From IMG/VR virus record IMGVR_UViG_3300025098_000062, positions 1 through 53,642 of that record: 53,642 bases of DNA. One strand, written 5' to 3'. The notes beneath the pieces were generated by a model that had not been told where the DNA came from, ran no database searches, and was given only the letters and a program-made list of their open reading frames with translations. Position 1 is the first letter of the stretch; each line of letters begins with the position of its first letter. The stretch is from a virus (lineage: Duplodnaviria; Caudoviricetes). Made by a program: the position numbers and the translations under genes. Shown piece after piece: positions 9,444 to 19,500 of the stretch.

Positions 9444-12400
9444 TTGACAGAAAATAAACAATCTTTATTTAATATAAATGATTTTATTACTAAAAAAGAT
9501 TTTTTAGATAACTCTACTCCTAGTTTAAAAACTATTAATAATAATAGTGTAGGAAAAAGTTTAATAGAAATGGATAAAATATTAAATAATGTTCCTTCAT
9601 CTTCTATTAGTTCTACACCTATACCAGTAGAAAACACAGGAGAAATTTCTCCTAGTTTAAAAAATATATTAAACTCATATAATATTAAACCTCCTGTAGA
9701 TTCTTCTCCTGTTGTAGATGAACCTAGTGAAAAAGATAAATCATGGTCTGAAGATGATTTAAGAAAAGATAAAGGTTGGATTAATAATGCAAAAACTATT
9801 TATAAGTATCAAAAAGGTAAAGACTTTGAAGGTACAGATAAAGAAGTTGCATCTTGGTTATTAAATAGACATACAAGATTAGGTAATAACTTTACTAACT
9901 TAGGTTTAACAGCAGCTCAAGCAGATAACATGGATGAAGATGTAAAGAATGCTTGGGTAGATTCTATTGAAAAATATGAAAACTCTGATTGGACTTTACG
10001 TGGATTCTTTAAGGGAGCTTTTTGGTCTGTTGCTGATTTACCTACATTATTATCAGGTGGTTCATTACTCTTAGCTAAACAACTAGGAGGAAAGTATGCA
10101 ACAGCTGTAGCTAAACATAGCTTTAAAGAAATGTTAAAAAAGAATTTAAAAGATAAAACTATTAAAGAAGGTGGACGTAAATTAAGTAAAGACCAGATAG
10201 CAGAAGTAAGTAAACAGACAGGTAAAGAAGTAGCTAAACGACAAGCTAAAACTGGTGCAGTTATAGGTCCAGCTTATAGTGGTTTGTATGATGTTATGTA
10301 TCAAGATTATAAAGGTAAGATAGATGAAGAGTATGAGTATAATCCTTATAATACTGGTATAGCATTAGCATTTGGTCTTGGTTTTGGTACAGCTGCTCCT
10401 GTTGGTTTTACTCGTGCAGGTGAAAAACTATTTCGTAATAAAAGAGTAGAGAAAGCTTTTGCTAATCCTGATGAATATACACGAGAAATAAAATTAAAAG
10501 ATGCAGATGTATTTGACACTGATGAAGAAAACTTTTTAGCTAAACAACAAAAAGAAGGAGTTACAGCTCCTAATAAAAATACAGATACTCAAGATATTTT
10601 AAGTGCATTAGTAGCTCAAAAAAAAGTTGAAACAAATGGTAAAAAATTAAAAATTTTAACAGAAGGTTCTGGAGAATATAAAGAAAAAGCAAATCAAACA
10701 GACTTAGGTAATGATATAGATGATGGAGGTATTTTACAAAAAGATAAAAGAGGTAGAAACATAAAAGTAAATTATAAAGCAATACCAGAAAAAAAATATT
10801 TAGAAAAAATATTACCTAAAGATACAGAAATAAAAGCTAAAGATTTAGCACCAGTTGAAGAAAATGCACCTAAAGGACAGTTTGCTTTAGATTCTGAAGT
10901 AGGACAAGCAGACTTTGATGTAGTACTTGGAGCTAATTTTTTAGGACAATTAAATCCTGCTCAAGCAAAAGTACAAATAGAAAAAATGGCTGATAGTGTA
11001 AATGCAGGTGGTGATTTAGTTGTTAATGTAGGTAAAAGAAAACAAGGCAAACCAATAAGTGAAACAATTATTACAAAAGGAGATAAGACACTTAGAACAG
11101 GTGAAAGTAAAAAACCTGGTGAAAAGTCTAAAGATTTTACAGAAGAAATTACTGAACAAGATACAGTACTTGCAAAAGAAGAAATTGGTGTTAATAGTAA
11201 ACAAGTTAAAGCTTTATTAGAAGATAATTTTGAAGAAGTAAAGCCTGTTAGTTGGGACAAAAAAAAGAAAACTTATGTAGATGATAAAAATTCAGATATT
11301 TTTATAGCACGTAGAAGATATACTGTTGATGCTAATTTACTTGGAAATGAAAACTTAACAAATAAAGATTTTACTTTTAAAAAGTTATTTAGTTTTGGAC
11401 CTAAAATAAATAAAGATAAGATTAAATTAAATTTTACACAAAGTGCAGGTCTTCCTAAAGAAATATCTGAAGCTATAAAAGTTGCTAATAGATTAACAGA
11501 AACAATAAAACCTAAAATTAGAAGAAAAATAAAAGTTTTTAATACTGCTGTTCGTGAAACAATAGAGACAGTAGGTGATGGTAGAAAATGGAAAGACATG
11601 ACTCCTAAAGAAAGAGACTATGTTAATCATATAACAACACAAATATTTCGTGGTAAAAATAAATACATATCTCCTGATGGAGATAAAAAATATAGTCGTC
11701 TTGATTATGTAAAAGGAAAAGATAAAACATTAAGAAATGCTGACTTTGATGATTTAAATGCTGACCCTATTGAAAGTATTTCTCCTAGAGTTATAAAAGC
11801 TATTGAAGATTTACGTAAAGATATAACTACCTTGCAAAAAAAAGCTATTAAAGAAGGACTTATTGAAAAAAATACTCCATTATTAGCATCATTTAAAAAA
11901 AGTATGGGAGAAGGTACAACTGTTGATAATATAGATTTACATGTTCATAGACAATATAGAATAATTGACGATAAAGGATGGAGAAAAACACTTAAAAAGT
12001 TTTATCCTGAACGTATTGCAAGAGCTAAAAAATATTTTAAAAGTAACTTAGATAATGATACTGAGTTAGCAAAACTTTCAAATTCTATAAAAAACTATCA
12101 AGACTTAAAACCTTATTTTAAAGAAATAATTTTACTTGATGAAACTAAACCTAAAGATGCAAAACGTATTGCAGAAATATTAAATGCAAAAGAGGTTAAG
12201 TCTAAAGGTATAAATAATGTACAAGACTTTCAAGCTAAATTTGTAAAATCTGAAGAAGATTCATTAGATGAATTAGTTAATTCTTTTTTAGATAAATATT
12301 CTCCTGAAGAAGTTTCTTTTTTACGTAATAAAGGTGATTTTAATAATATTAAACCAGATGCTGATATTTTTACTAGTCCTTCTGCAAAAATTAGAAATAC

Positions 12401-14933
12401 ATTTTATAAACGAGGTAAAGTTCCTTCTCCTTTAAGAAGTTTAATGGGAGAGTATCAGAATGTAGAAGATAATTATGTACAAACTTATTATAAGTTAGCA
12501 CAAAATGTAGCAAACTATAAAATGGAAAAAGATATACAACGTATATTAAATAATAGTATTAATCCTGAAACTATGGAAAGTAGTTTATTTCCTAATGTAA
12601 AGTTTATTAGAAAAGAAGGAGATGTTTCTGTTGCTGCACCTGAAGGATATGCATCTTTAACAGATGCTACTAGATTACCTCAATTTACTAAAGGAATAAA
12701 TGTACCTCTTAGAGAAATAGACCCTAAGTTTCAACAGAAACCAACAGAACTTTATGTTCCTGAAGTTATTGCTGATGCAATTAAAAATGGTAATGATGTC
12801 AAACCTTTACAAGCAGATGGTTTTTTAGGAAATGCATGGAGGTTTTTAATAGGAGCTCAAGCTTATAGTCGTTTAGCTGTTACTGCTTTACGTCTTAGTG
12901 CTTATCCTAGAAACTTTGCAGGTGCAGGTATTAAATCTTTAGCTAATGGTAATCTTAGTGCTGAAGCAGTAAGAGAAGCTAATAAAGTATTTAAAGTTCT
13001 TAAAGGTTTTGATGACCCTAAATTTAATAGTTTATTTATGAAGCTTACAGATTTAGGATTAGTAGGACAAAGTACTAGAGCTGCTGATATAAGAAGTGCT
13101 TTTAATGAAGCAGCTGATAATCCTCTTAGACTTTGGACTATGGATTCTTTAACTAATACACAAGGATTAAAAGATAATCCTGTTAAAAGTGTTAAAGGTT
13201 TTTTAGATAAAAGCCAACAATATTTATTAGATAGATATCAGTTAATGGATGACTATTGGAAAGTCTACACATGGGTAGCTGAAAGAAATAAATATAGAGA
13301 AGTTTTATTAGATGACCCAGAAATACTTGGTACATATAAAATTGGTCAAGACAAGATAGCTAATTTTAATGGTAAAAAAGTTGGAGATGTTATTAGTCCT
13401 GATGATATTAAAAGAGGTTTTGATAGTGATGAGTTAGATGTAGCAAAAGGTAAATACAAAAAAGTTACAGTTAGTTATTTAGATGACTATGCTTCACAAG
13501 TAGTAGCTAGACATATGGATAACTATGGAGAGTTATCTAGATTTTTAAAATCAACTAGAAGATTTCCAGTAGCTGACTTCTTATCTTATAAAGCTGAACA
13601 AGTACGAACTACTTGGAATACATTAGAAGATGCTTTATATGATATTAAACGAGGAATACAATTACAAAGTGAAAGTGGTGGTACTAGAGGTGGTGCTCAA
13701 TATATGGTAGGACTTAAAAGATTAGGTTCTATTATAGCAACCTTTGGTATAAACTCTTCTATGCCTGCTGCTATAACATACTTTACATTAAGAGAAGGTT
13801 ATGAAGAAAATGGTAGTGATACTATTAAAATAGATGGTAAACTATATGAAAATCCTGTAACAGTAGACCAAGCTATGAAAGATATTTCTCGTGCTGATTA
13901 TCAAAAAGGTGCAGCTTTTGTTCCATTAGGAAAACAAAGAAAAGATGGTACATATTCAGCATTAGATTATAATCGTATTAATCCTTTTGCTCCTTTACAA
14001 GAAAACTTTAGTATTATTATGCAAGCATTTGAACAAGGTGGTTTAAGTCTTTCAGAAAAATTAAGTGAAACTATGAAGACAACTATGGTTAGATTATATG
14101 AAGAGCTTGGTCCTAGTATGGTATTAAAAGCTTTAATAAATGTATCTCAAGGACGAGATGAATTTGGTAGACCTCTTTCAAATGCTTATGAAGACCAAGA
14201 AGCATCAACAAAAGCAACAGCATATTTAAAAGAAGCTGGTAAAGTACTTGTACCAGGAATAGGTAGAGATATAAATTCACTTAGAAAAGTTTTAAAAAAA
14301 ACTGAAGGTAAAACTTTTTTTAAATATAAAGATATAGAAGGAGAAGAAAGAAGAGAATCGAGAAGTGCAGGAGGATTTCGTAAAAAACCTGTTGATGAAG
14401 TATATAAAGCTGTTGGTATTCCTATAGTTGATGTACAACCTTTAGAGTCTATGCCTTTTAAATTTGCTAATTCATTAAAAACTATTCAAAATAGTTCTAA
14501 AATATTTTTAGATGAGTTAGTTACAGATGAAACTTTAGATGTAAATAGAATTGTAGATGCATATAGAAAAGCTTTATTAGAAGAAAAAAAAGGATACAAT
14601 GATTTAAGTTTTGGTTTAATAAAAGCTAAAAGAATTATGTCTAATGAAGAAATAACTAGAAGTCTTACTCTTAATAAAAGTGACCCTTCAAAATTTAATA
14701 CTTATTTTAAAAAAATATTAAAGTTACCTTCTAAATATAAAGTAAGTGATGGCTTACAACCTAACTCAAAACAAATAGATACAAGATTAAGAAAAATAAG
14801 ATACAATAGAAGAGGAAAAAATTATCCTAAAGAATTTGACCAAATAAGACCATTATTAAAAGAAGTATATAACAGTATTAATGGTTCTGAATATAGTTAT
14901 GTAAGTAAATTAAAACCAAAGGAGAAAGATTAA
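9444..14933 (+). CDS. Large internal virion / ejection protein (1829 aa) with an embedded MTase-like domain
   Basis: Largest ORF, TTG start directly after the upstream stop; its position matches the largest podovirus ejection protein. Confidence 0.6.
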   Translation: MTENKQSLFNINDFITKKDFLDNSTPSLKTINNNSVGKSLIEMDKILNNVPSSSISSTPIPVENTGEISPSLKNILNSYNIKPPVDSSPVVDEPSEKDKSWSEDDLRKDKGWINNAKTIYKYQKGKDFEGTDKEVASWLLNRHTRLGNNFTNLGLTAAQADNMDEDVKNAWVDSIEKYENSDWTLRGFFKGAFWSVADLPTLLSGGSLLLAKQLGGKYATAVAKHSFKEMLKKNLKDKTIKEGGRKLSKDQIAEVSKQTGKEVAKRQAKTGAVIGPAYSGLYDVMYQDYKGKIDEEYEYNPYNTGIALAFGLGFGTAAPVGFTRAGEKLFRNKRVEKAFANPDEYTREIKLKDADVFDTDEENFLAKQQKEGVTAPNKNTDTQDILSALVAQKKVETNGKKLKILTEGSGEYKEKANQTDLGNDIDDGGILQKDKRGRNIKVNYKAIPEKKYLEKILPKDTEIKAKDLAPVEENAPKGQFALDSEVGQADFDVVLGANFLGQLNPAQAKVQIEKMADSVNAGGDLVVNVGKRKQGKPISETIITKGDKTLRTGESKKPGEKSKDFTEEITEQDTVLAKEEIGVNSKQVKALLEDNFEEVKPVSWDKKKKTYVDDKNSDIFIARRRYTVDANLLGNENLTNKDFTFKKLFSFGPKINKDKIKLNFTQSAGLPKEISEAIKVANRLTETIKPKIRRKIKVFNTAVRETIETVGDGRKWKDMTPKERDYVNHITTQIFRGKNKYISPDGDKKYSRLDYVKGKDKTLRNADFDDLNADPIESISPRVIKAIEDLRKDITTLQKKAIKEGLIEKNTPLLASFKKSMGEGTTVDNIDLHVHRQYRIIDDKGWRKTLKKFYPERIARAKKYFKSNLDNDTELAKLSNSIKNYQDLKPYFKEIILLDETKPKDAKRIAEILNAKEVKSKGINNVQDFQAKFVKSEEDSLDELVNSFLDKYSPEEVSFLRNKGDFNNIKPDADIFTSPSAKIRNTFYKRGKVPSPLRSLMGEYQNVEDNYVQTYYKLAQNVANYKMEKDIQRILNNSINPETMESSLFPNVKFIRKEGDVSVAAPEGYASLTDATRLPQFTKGINVPLREIDPKFQQKPTELYVPEVIADAIKNGNDVKPLQADGFLGNAWRFLIGAQAYSRLAVTALRLSAYPRNFAGAGIKSLANGNLSAEAVREANKVFKVLKGFDDPKFNSLFMKLTDLGLVGQSTRAADIRSAFNEAADNPLRLWTMDSLTNTQGLKDNPVKSVKGFLDKSQQYLLDRYQLMDDYWKVYTWVAERNKYREVLLDDPEILGTYKIGQDKIANFNGKKVGDVISPDDIKRGFDSDELDVAKGKYKKVTVSYLDDYASQVVARHMDNYGELSRFLKSTRRFPVADFLSYKAEQVRTTWNTLEDALYDIKRGIQLQSESGGTRGGAQYMVGLKRLGSIIATFGINSSMPAAITYFTLREGYEENGSDTIKIDGKLYENPVTVDQAMKDISRADYQKGAAFVPLGKQRKDGTYSALDYNRINPFAPLQENFSIIMQAFEQGGLSLSEKLSETMKTTMVRLYEELGPSMVLKALINVSQGRDEFGRPLSNAYEDQEASTKATAYLKEAGKVLVPGIGRDINSLRKVLKKTEGKTFFKYKDIEGEERRESRSAGGFRKKPVDEVYKAVGIPIVDVQPLESMPFKFANSLKTIQNSSKIFLDELVTDETLDVNRIVDAYRKALLEEKKGYNDLSFGLIKAKRIMSNEEITRSLTLNKSDPSKFNTYFKKILKLPSKYKVSDGLQPNSKQIDTRLRKIRYNRRGKNYPKEFDQIRPLLKEVYNSINGSEYSYVSKLKPKEKD

Positions 14934-15184
14934 TGCAGGATATGACTATGATATGGAATGCTGTCTTAACTATGGCTATTGGTGGATTCTTGTGGTGGAT
15001 ACGTTCTACTTCAGCTTCTATATCTAAAGTCAAAGATGAGGTACATGCAGCACGAGAACATGTAGCCTTAACATATGCAACTAAAGAAGATGTTAAAGAT
15101 GATTTACAACAACTCCTTCAAAGATTTGATAGACTTGAAGGTAAAATAGATGACATGATAAGGAGACAATCTAATGGCAATTAA
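14933..15184 (+). CDS. Small membrane protein (N-terminal TM plus coiled coil), possible lysis accessory
   Basis: TM segment IWNAVLTMAIGGFLWWI followed by heptads. Confidence 0.5.
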   Translation: MQDMTMIWNAVLTMAIGGFLWWIRSTSASISKVKDEVHAAREHVALTYATKEDVKDDLQQLLQRFDRLEGKIDDMIRRQSNGN

Positions 15185-16262
15185 AAAAGTTAAACCTCCT
15201 AGAGCTATGAAAGTTAAAACTCTTGTAGGAAGAAAACGTGGTAAAGGAGAAGGATTAACTAATGAAGAAGGATTAACTAAAGGTTCTGGACTAATTACTA
15301 AAAAAGTAGGAGAGAATTTAAAACCTGTTAAAGAAATTGTAACAGGAAAGAATATAAGAAAAACTATTATGGCTAAAGAAGGCTCATCAAAAAACAAACA
15401 AGGAGAAACCAAAGTGAATACTTATCAACAACAAAATGAAAAGAAATCATCTCAACAACAAAATAAAAAGAAATTATCATATCCAAAAACAACAGGAGAA
15501 TTTAAAATAAATCCTAATGATACTTTAACTCAAATATCTAAATTAACTGGCAAAAGTATTAAAGAAATAAGAGAACTTAATCCAGATATTGTAGATGCAA
15601 ATAAGATTAGAGCTGGAGCTGGACTAAAAGGATTAGGTAAAAGGTCTGATTATACTAATACTGATAATGTTAAAGCTAAAAAAACTAAATTAGTATTAGG
15701 TGCTGGTAGAGATAATAAGCCAGCTAAAAAAATGTCTAAGACTATAGATATGGGTGGTAAGAAAAAAACTACTCAAGAAATTAATAGAAAGTTAAGAGCA
15801 AAAGTTAATCCTAAAAGACCTACTACTAATATCTTTAAAGTAAAAAAAGGAGAGAGCACTACAAAAGCAGCAGATGCTAAAAGAAAAACTACAGGTAGAG
15901 GTTTAACAGTAAAAGGAAAAGCTACTCCTAGAAAACTTTCTAATGAAGAAAGAAGAAAGCAAGAAAGATTAAAGCGTTCTTTTAGAGCAGCCAATCAAAT
16001 GAAAGAAGGTCCAGGTAGAGATAGAGCTATGGAAAGAGCACGTAAATATATGCGTAAATCTTTACGTGGTAAATTAGTAGATGGACCTAAAGCTGCTGAA
16101 AGATATGCAGAAATACTTGGTACTAAAAATAAAAATATAAAAGTTGCTAATAAAGCAACTGGTAGTAATGCTTCTGATTATACAGAAATTAGAATGAATA
16201 CAAAATCTAAAGGTAAAGGTGCAGGTGCAGCTTTAAGAGGAATGGGAAAGGTAATAATTTAA
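15174..16262 (+). CDS. Lys-rich LysM-domain protein
   Basis: FKINPNDTLTQISKLTGKSIKEIRELNPDIVDANKIRAG fits the LysM pattern; the rest is very basic. Confidence 0.7.
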   Translation: MAIKKVKPPRAMKVKTLVGRKRGKGEGLTNEEGLTKGSGLITKKVGENLKPVKEIVTGKNIRKTIMAKEGSSKNKQGETKVNTYQQQNEKKSSQQQNKKKLSYPKTTGEFKINPNDTLTQISKLTGKSIKEIRELNPDIVDANKIRAGAGLKGLGKRSDYTNTDNVKAKKTKLVLGAGRDNKPAKKMSKTIDMGGKKKTTQEINRKLRAKVNPKRPTTNIFKVKKGESTTKAADAKRKTTGRGLTVKGKATPRKLSNEERRKQERLKRSFRAANQMKEGPGRDRAMERARKYMRKSLRGKLVDGPKAAERYAEILGTKNKNIKVANKATGSNASDYTEIRMNTKSKGKGAGAALRGMGKVII

Positions 16263-16654
16263 TGAACAACAAAAGATGGAAGTATTTTTCAGAAGATGAG
16301 CTAAGATGTAAAGGTACTGGTGAAGTTAAAATGATGGAAGAGTTTATGAATAAGTTAATTCTTCTAAGAGAGAAGCTTAATCAACCTATGGTTATTAGTT
16401 CTGGATATAGAACACCTGAACATAATGAAAGAATAGGTGGCTCAAAAAAATCTGCTCACATTTTAGGTAAAGCTGTAGACATTGTATGTTCTGGTGAGAA
16501 AGCACATGCTATTCTTACCCTTGCATTAGAGCTGGGGTTCACAGGTATAGGTGTTAAACAGCATGGAGACCATAAAAGTAGGTTCATACACCTTGATACA
16601 GTCAAAAGTGGCGTAGAAGGCATACCAAGACCATGGGTTTGGTCTTATAAGTAG
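16262..16654 (+). CDS. Endolysin, peptidase M15A family
   Basis: Zn-peptidase motifs SSGYRTPEHN, SAHILGKAVDI and FIHLD. Confidence 0.9.
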   Translation: MNNKRWKYFSEDELRCKGTGEVKMMEEFMNKLILLREKLNQPMVISSGYRTPEHNERIGGSKKSAHILGKAVDIVCSGEKAHAILTLALELGFTGIGVKQHGDHKSRFIHLDTVKSGVEGIPRPWVWSYK

Positions 16655-16734
16655 CTGGTATGATTGTAACTAAAAGGACTTTACATGCACTCTATGAGCT
16701 TTATATGGAACAAATTTTAAACAATGAGGAATAA

Positions 16735-17184
16735 ATGGACCCAATTACTGCACTTGCTGCAGCAACCACAGCATTTAACGCAATTAAGAAAGGATTCTCT
16801 GTTGGTCGTGATGTAGAAAGTATGTCTAAAGATTTAGGCAGGTGGATGGGTGCTATACAGGATGTAAAAGATGGTCATAAGAAAAGTAAAGGTAGGTCGT
16901 TTGGCTCTGTTGAAGAAGAAGCTTTGGAAACATTTGCTGCAAAGAAAAAAGCAGAGCAGATGGAATGGGATTTACGTAATTTTGTTAATTTGTCTCATGG
17001 TCCTAATGCTTGGAATGAAGTAATAAGAATACAAGCAAGTATAAGATTAAAGAAAAAAGAAGCTATAGCAGAAGCTAAAAGAAAACAAAGACGTATGATA
17101 GAGAATACTATTATAGGTGCTTGTTGTATATTTTTTTTAGGAGCAGTAGGTGTAGTTTTATATATTGTATTTAGTCTAAGATAA
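16735..17184 (+). CDS. Hypothetical protein with C-terminal TM helix
   Basis: GAGG RBS; hydrophobic C-terminus; last gene of the plus arm. Confidence 0.6.
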   Translation: MDPITALAAATTAFNAIKKGFSVGRDVESMSKDLGRWMGAIQDVKDGHKKSKGRSFGSVEEEALETFAAKKKAEQMEWDLRNFVNLSHGPNAWNEVIRIQASIRLKKKEAIAEAKRKQRRMIENTIIGACCIFFLGAVGVVLYIVFSLR

Positions 17185-17587
17185 AGTCACACTTTTTTAA
17201 TAATGTTATTACTTTTTCTTTTCCTAATATTTTTAAAGAAGCTACAATCTTTTCCTCTAACTGTTCAGGAGTATTTATATTTTCTTTATCGCTTTTATTT
17301 CCTCGTATTCTTGACAGTAGTTCTAAAGCTTTTAACGCACTGTTCCCATTATTGTTTGCTTTAGCTACAGTATATTGAGCTTCAATCTCAGACACAACAT
17401 CTACATCCGTAGTTAATTCTTTTTCTAACTCAGCTATTCTTTCCTGTACTTCTTCGTTCTGAAGAAGACGATACCCTTGATTATAAGCAGACTCTTTAGA
17501 GTATCCAGCAGTACGTGCTGCATCAGTTGCATTTCTATTTAAGCAATATGCTTGTGCAAACTTTTCTTGTTTATCATTAAGTGACAT
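17171..17587 (-). CDS. terS: Terminase small subunit (Terminase_2-like)
   Basis: LNDKQEKFAQAY..NATDAARTAGYS..SAYNQGYRLL is the classic TerS HTH. Confidence 0.8.
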   Translation of the reverse strand: MSLNDKQEKFAQAYCLNRNATDAARTAGYSKESAYNQGYRLLQNEEVQERIAELEKELTTDVDVVSEIEAQYTVAKANNNGNSALKALELLSRIRGNKSDKENINTPEQLEEKIVASLKILGKEKVITLLKKCDFILD

Positions 17588-17831
17588 AGTAATTTATTAT
17601 TCCATTTAAATATATTGATAATGATATTCCATTTACTATAAGTAGTGCTCTATCATTCCATATTAATCCTACTATAGTCCAACCTAATAAACCAAAAGAA
17701 CTAATAAATAAATTAATAGGATAAATGTTTTGAGCAGTAAACAGTATACCTATGATAAGTATAATAGAAGATACCCATTTAAGATACCAGTCTTTAGTCT
17801 TATAAGGTGTTGTTTTTTTTAGTTCTGCCAT
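17577..17831 (-). CDS. Small multi-TM membrane protein
   Basis: Three hydrophobic segments (DWYLKWVSS..., WNDRALL...). Confidence 0.6.
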   Translation of the reverse strand: MAELKKTTPYKTKDWYLKWVSSIILIIGILFTAQNIYPINLFISSFGLLGWTIVGLIWNDRALLIVNGISLSIYLNGIINYYVT

Positions 17832-18040
17832 AACTTAGTAAACTCTTTTAACTCTGAGTACCCACCTACCTTCATAAATATTTGAGGTACTGTTTTATAT
17901 CCTGATTGTTTAAATTTTTTTAATTTTTCAGGTGTATCTAATAATCTTTCTTCATACTCCCATTCTTTTTCTTTCATTAAATCTTTAGCTAGATTACAAA
18001 AATTACATCTATGTTGTGTGTATATAATAAACTTAGCCAT
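17819..18040 (-). CDS. Glutaredoxin / NrdH-like redoxin
   Basis: CNFC active site, TVPQIF and VGGY. Confidence 0.9.
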   Translation of the reverse strand: MAKFIIYTQHRCNFCNLAKDLMKEKEWEYEERLLDTPEKLKKFKQSGYKTVPQIFMKVGGYSELKEFTKLWQN

Positions 18041-18091
18041 CTTATATTACCTGCATTAATCCTATGATAATGCACCATACTAGTATTTCCA

Positions 18092-18247
18092 TTATTTTTC
18101 TTCCTTTTGTTTTGGTGTATAAATTAAATAAAAAGTCCTACAGTTAGGACAAGACATGTTTGTTTCAATAGCATAATCTTCTGTATCTTCATCACAGTCA
18201 TGGTCACCTCCCCATATTAATTCTGTATCACAATTCCAACATCTCAT
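18092..18247 (-). CDS. Small Zn-ribbon protein (51 aa, MRCWNC...CPNC)
   Basis: Not in the track; two CxxC pairs; ATGA-coupled to the upstream gene. Confidence 0.65.
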   Translation of the reverse strand: MRCWNCDTELIWGGDHDCDEDTEDYAIETNMSCPNCRTFYLIYTPKQKEEK

Positions 18248-18450
18248 TGATACATCCTTACATTAGGTTTAGTTGTATCTATTGTAACAGGTTTACATAT
18301 ACCAGTATATCTTTTTTTAGTACCTGGTACAGCAGGTTGTTTACTTATTCTAGTAGCAAAATATTTACATCTATTAATATCACGAAAATGCATATCACTT
18401 TGTTGCACAGCATCACCTAAATAAATTACTAATAGAAATACAGTAGTCAT
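18244..18450 (-). CDS. Hypothetical protein
   Basis: 68 aa, coupled overlaps at both ends. Confidence 0.55.
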   Translation of the reverse strand: MTTVFLLVIYLGDAVQQSDMHFRDINRCKYFATRISKQPAVPGTKKRYTGICKPVTIDTTKPNVRMYQ

Positions 18451-18857
18451 TATTTAAGGTTATCTCTTGCTATATTCTTAGACTTTTCAAAAGACCTCAT
18501 GGCTCCGAGTCCTAGAAGCGACATAACTAAAGTTACTAAACCTTCTACTTCTAGTTCTGGTGGTACCATCTCTGGATACCACATCATAGCACCCCATGTT
18601 AATATAGGACCGACAAAGAATTGCCAAAGTAAACCAAGACAACAGACCCACATTATTGCAGGACGAGCTCCACTAACAAATATACTAGGATGTTTAGCTT
18701 GTTCTTTATTAATATCTATTTGACCTTTTGCTAGTTCTTGTGCATGCTTCTCTGCCATAGTTGCAATAGAATGTGCTAACTTATTCTTCTGGTCTTTATC
18801 TTCTATAAATTTACCCAGCAGTTTTGTTGCTGGACCTATCAGACTTAGTAGTGCCAT
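18450..18857 (-). CDS. Holin (GTA_holin_3TM-like)
   Basis: Likely start MALLSLIGP after AGGAG; motifs IFVSGARPAIMWVC and LLGLGAMRSFEK. Confidence 0.8.
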   Translation of the reverse strand: MALLSLIGPATKLLGKFIEDKDQKNKLAHSIATMAEKHAQELAKGQIDINKEQAKHPSIFVSGARPAIMWVCCLGLLWQFFVGPILTWGAMMWYPEMVPPELEVEGLVTLVMSLLGLGAMRSFEKSKNIARDNLK

Positions 18858-19500
18858 CTTCTTCTCCTTTAATACAAGTACCAACTATTCCTTTAGTTGA
18901 TTGCCATGTTAAATAAATTTTTAAATGTTTATGTTTTTGTCTTATCTTATGACATTGATTAACCCACCATTCATTATTAAATAATGATACGTGTACGTTT
19001 CTACCTTTATGTTTTCCTTCTGGAAAAGTTTTAATTGCAGCTGCACCACAGACATTTAAGAATACTATCTTAGTTGCATGACTATATATTTTATCCATAA
19101 CCCAATCTAAATCTTGAGAAGGTACATGTTCTAATACATCTGTAGAAATAACTGCATCATACTGTTTAGTAGGTGGTTCAGCATGTTCTAGATAAGCAGG
19201 GTCATATAAAGAAAATTCTGTAATACCTAAAGTATCTTGAATAGGTTCTTTTAAATCAGGATATTTACTTCCTTTATCTGCTTTTTTAAAATCTTTAGTA
19301 TATAGTAAACCTTTACCACATCCATAATCTAAAAAACTTTTAATTTTATTTTCATCAAATATGCTTTTAATAATATAAGTTAAAGGTATTAAACTTATAC
19401 CCATAAAAGCTCGTTCATCTTTATGCATTATTTTATATGCATCTATAAGTTCTTCGTATTCTTGTGAAGGAATAACATTTGGTTCTGGGTAATTACTCAT
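18811..19500 (-). CDS. Class I SAM-dependent methyltransferase
   Basis: FLDYGCGKG, YDPA, YDAVISTDVLEHVP; likely start MSNYPEP. Confidence 0.85.
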   Translation of the reverse strand: MSNYPEPNVIPSQEYEELIDAYKIMHKDERAFMGISLIPLTYIIKSIFDENKIKSFLDYGCGKGLLYTKDFKKADKGSKYPDLKEPIQDTLGITEFSLYDPAYLEHAEPPTKQYDAVISTDVLEHVPSQDLDWVMDKIYSHATKIVFLNVCGAAAIKTFPEGKHKGRNVHVSLFNNEWWVNQCHKIRQKHKHLKIYLTWQSTKGIVGTCIKGEEDGTTKSDRSSNKTAG

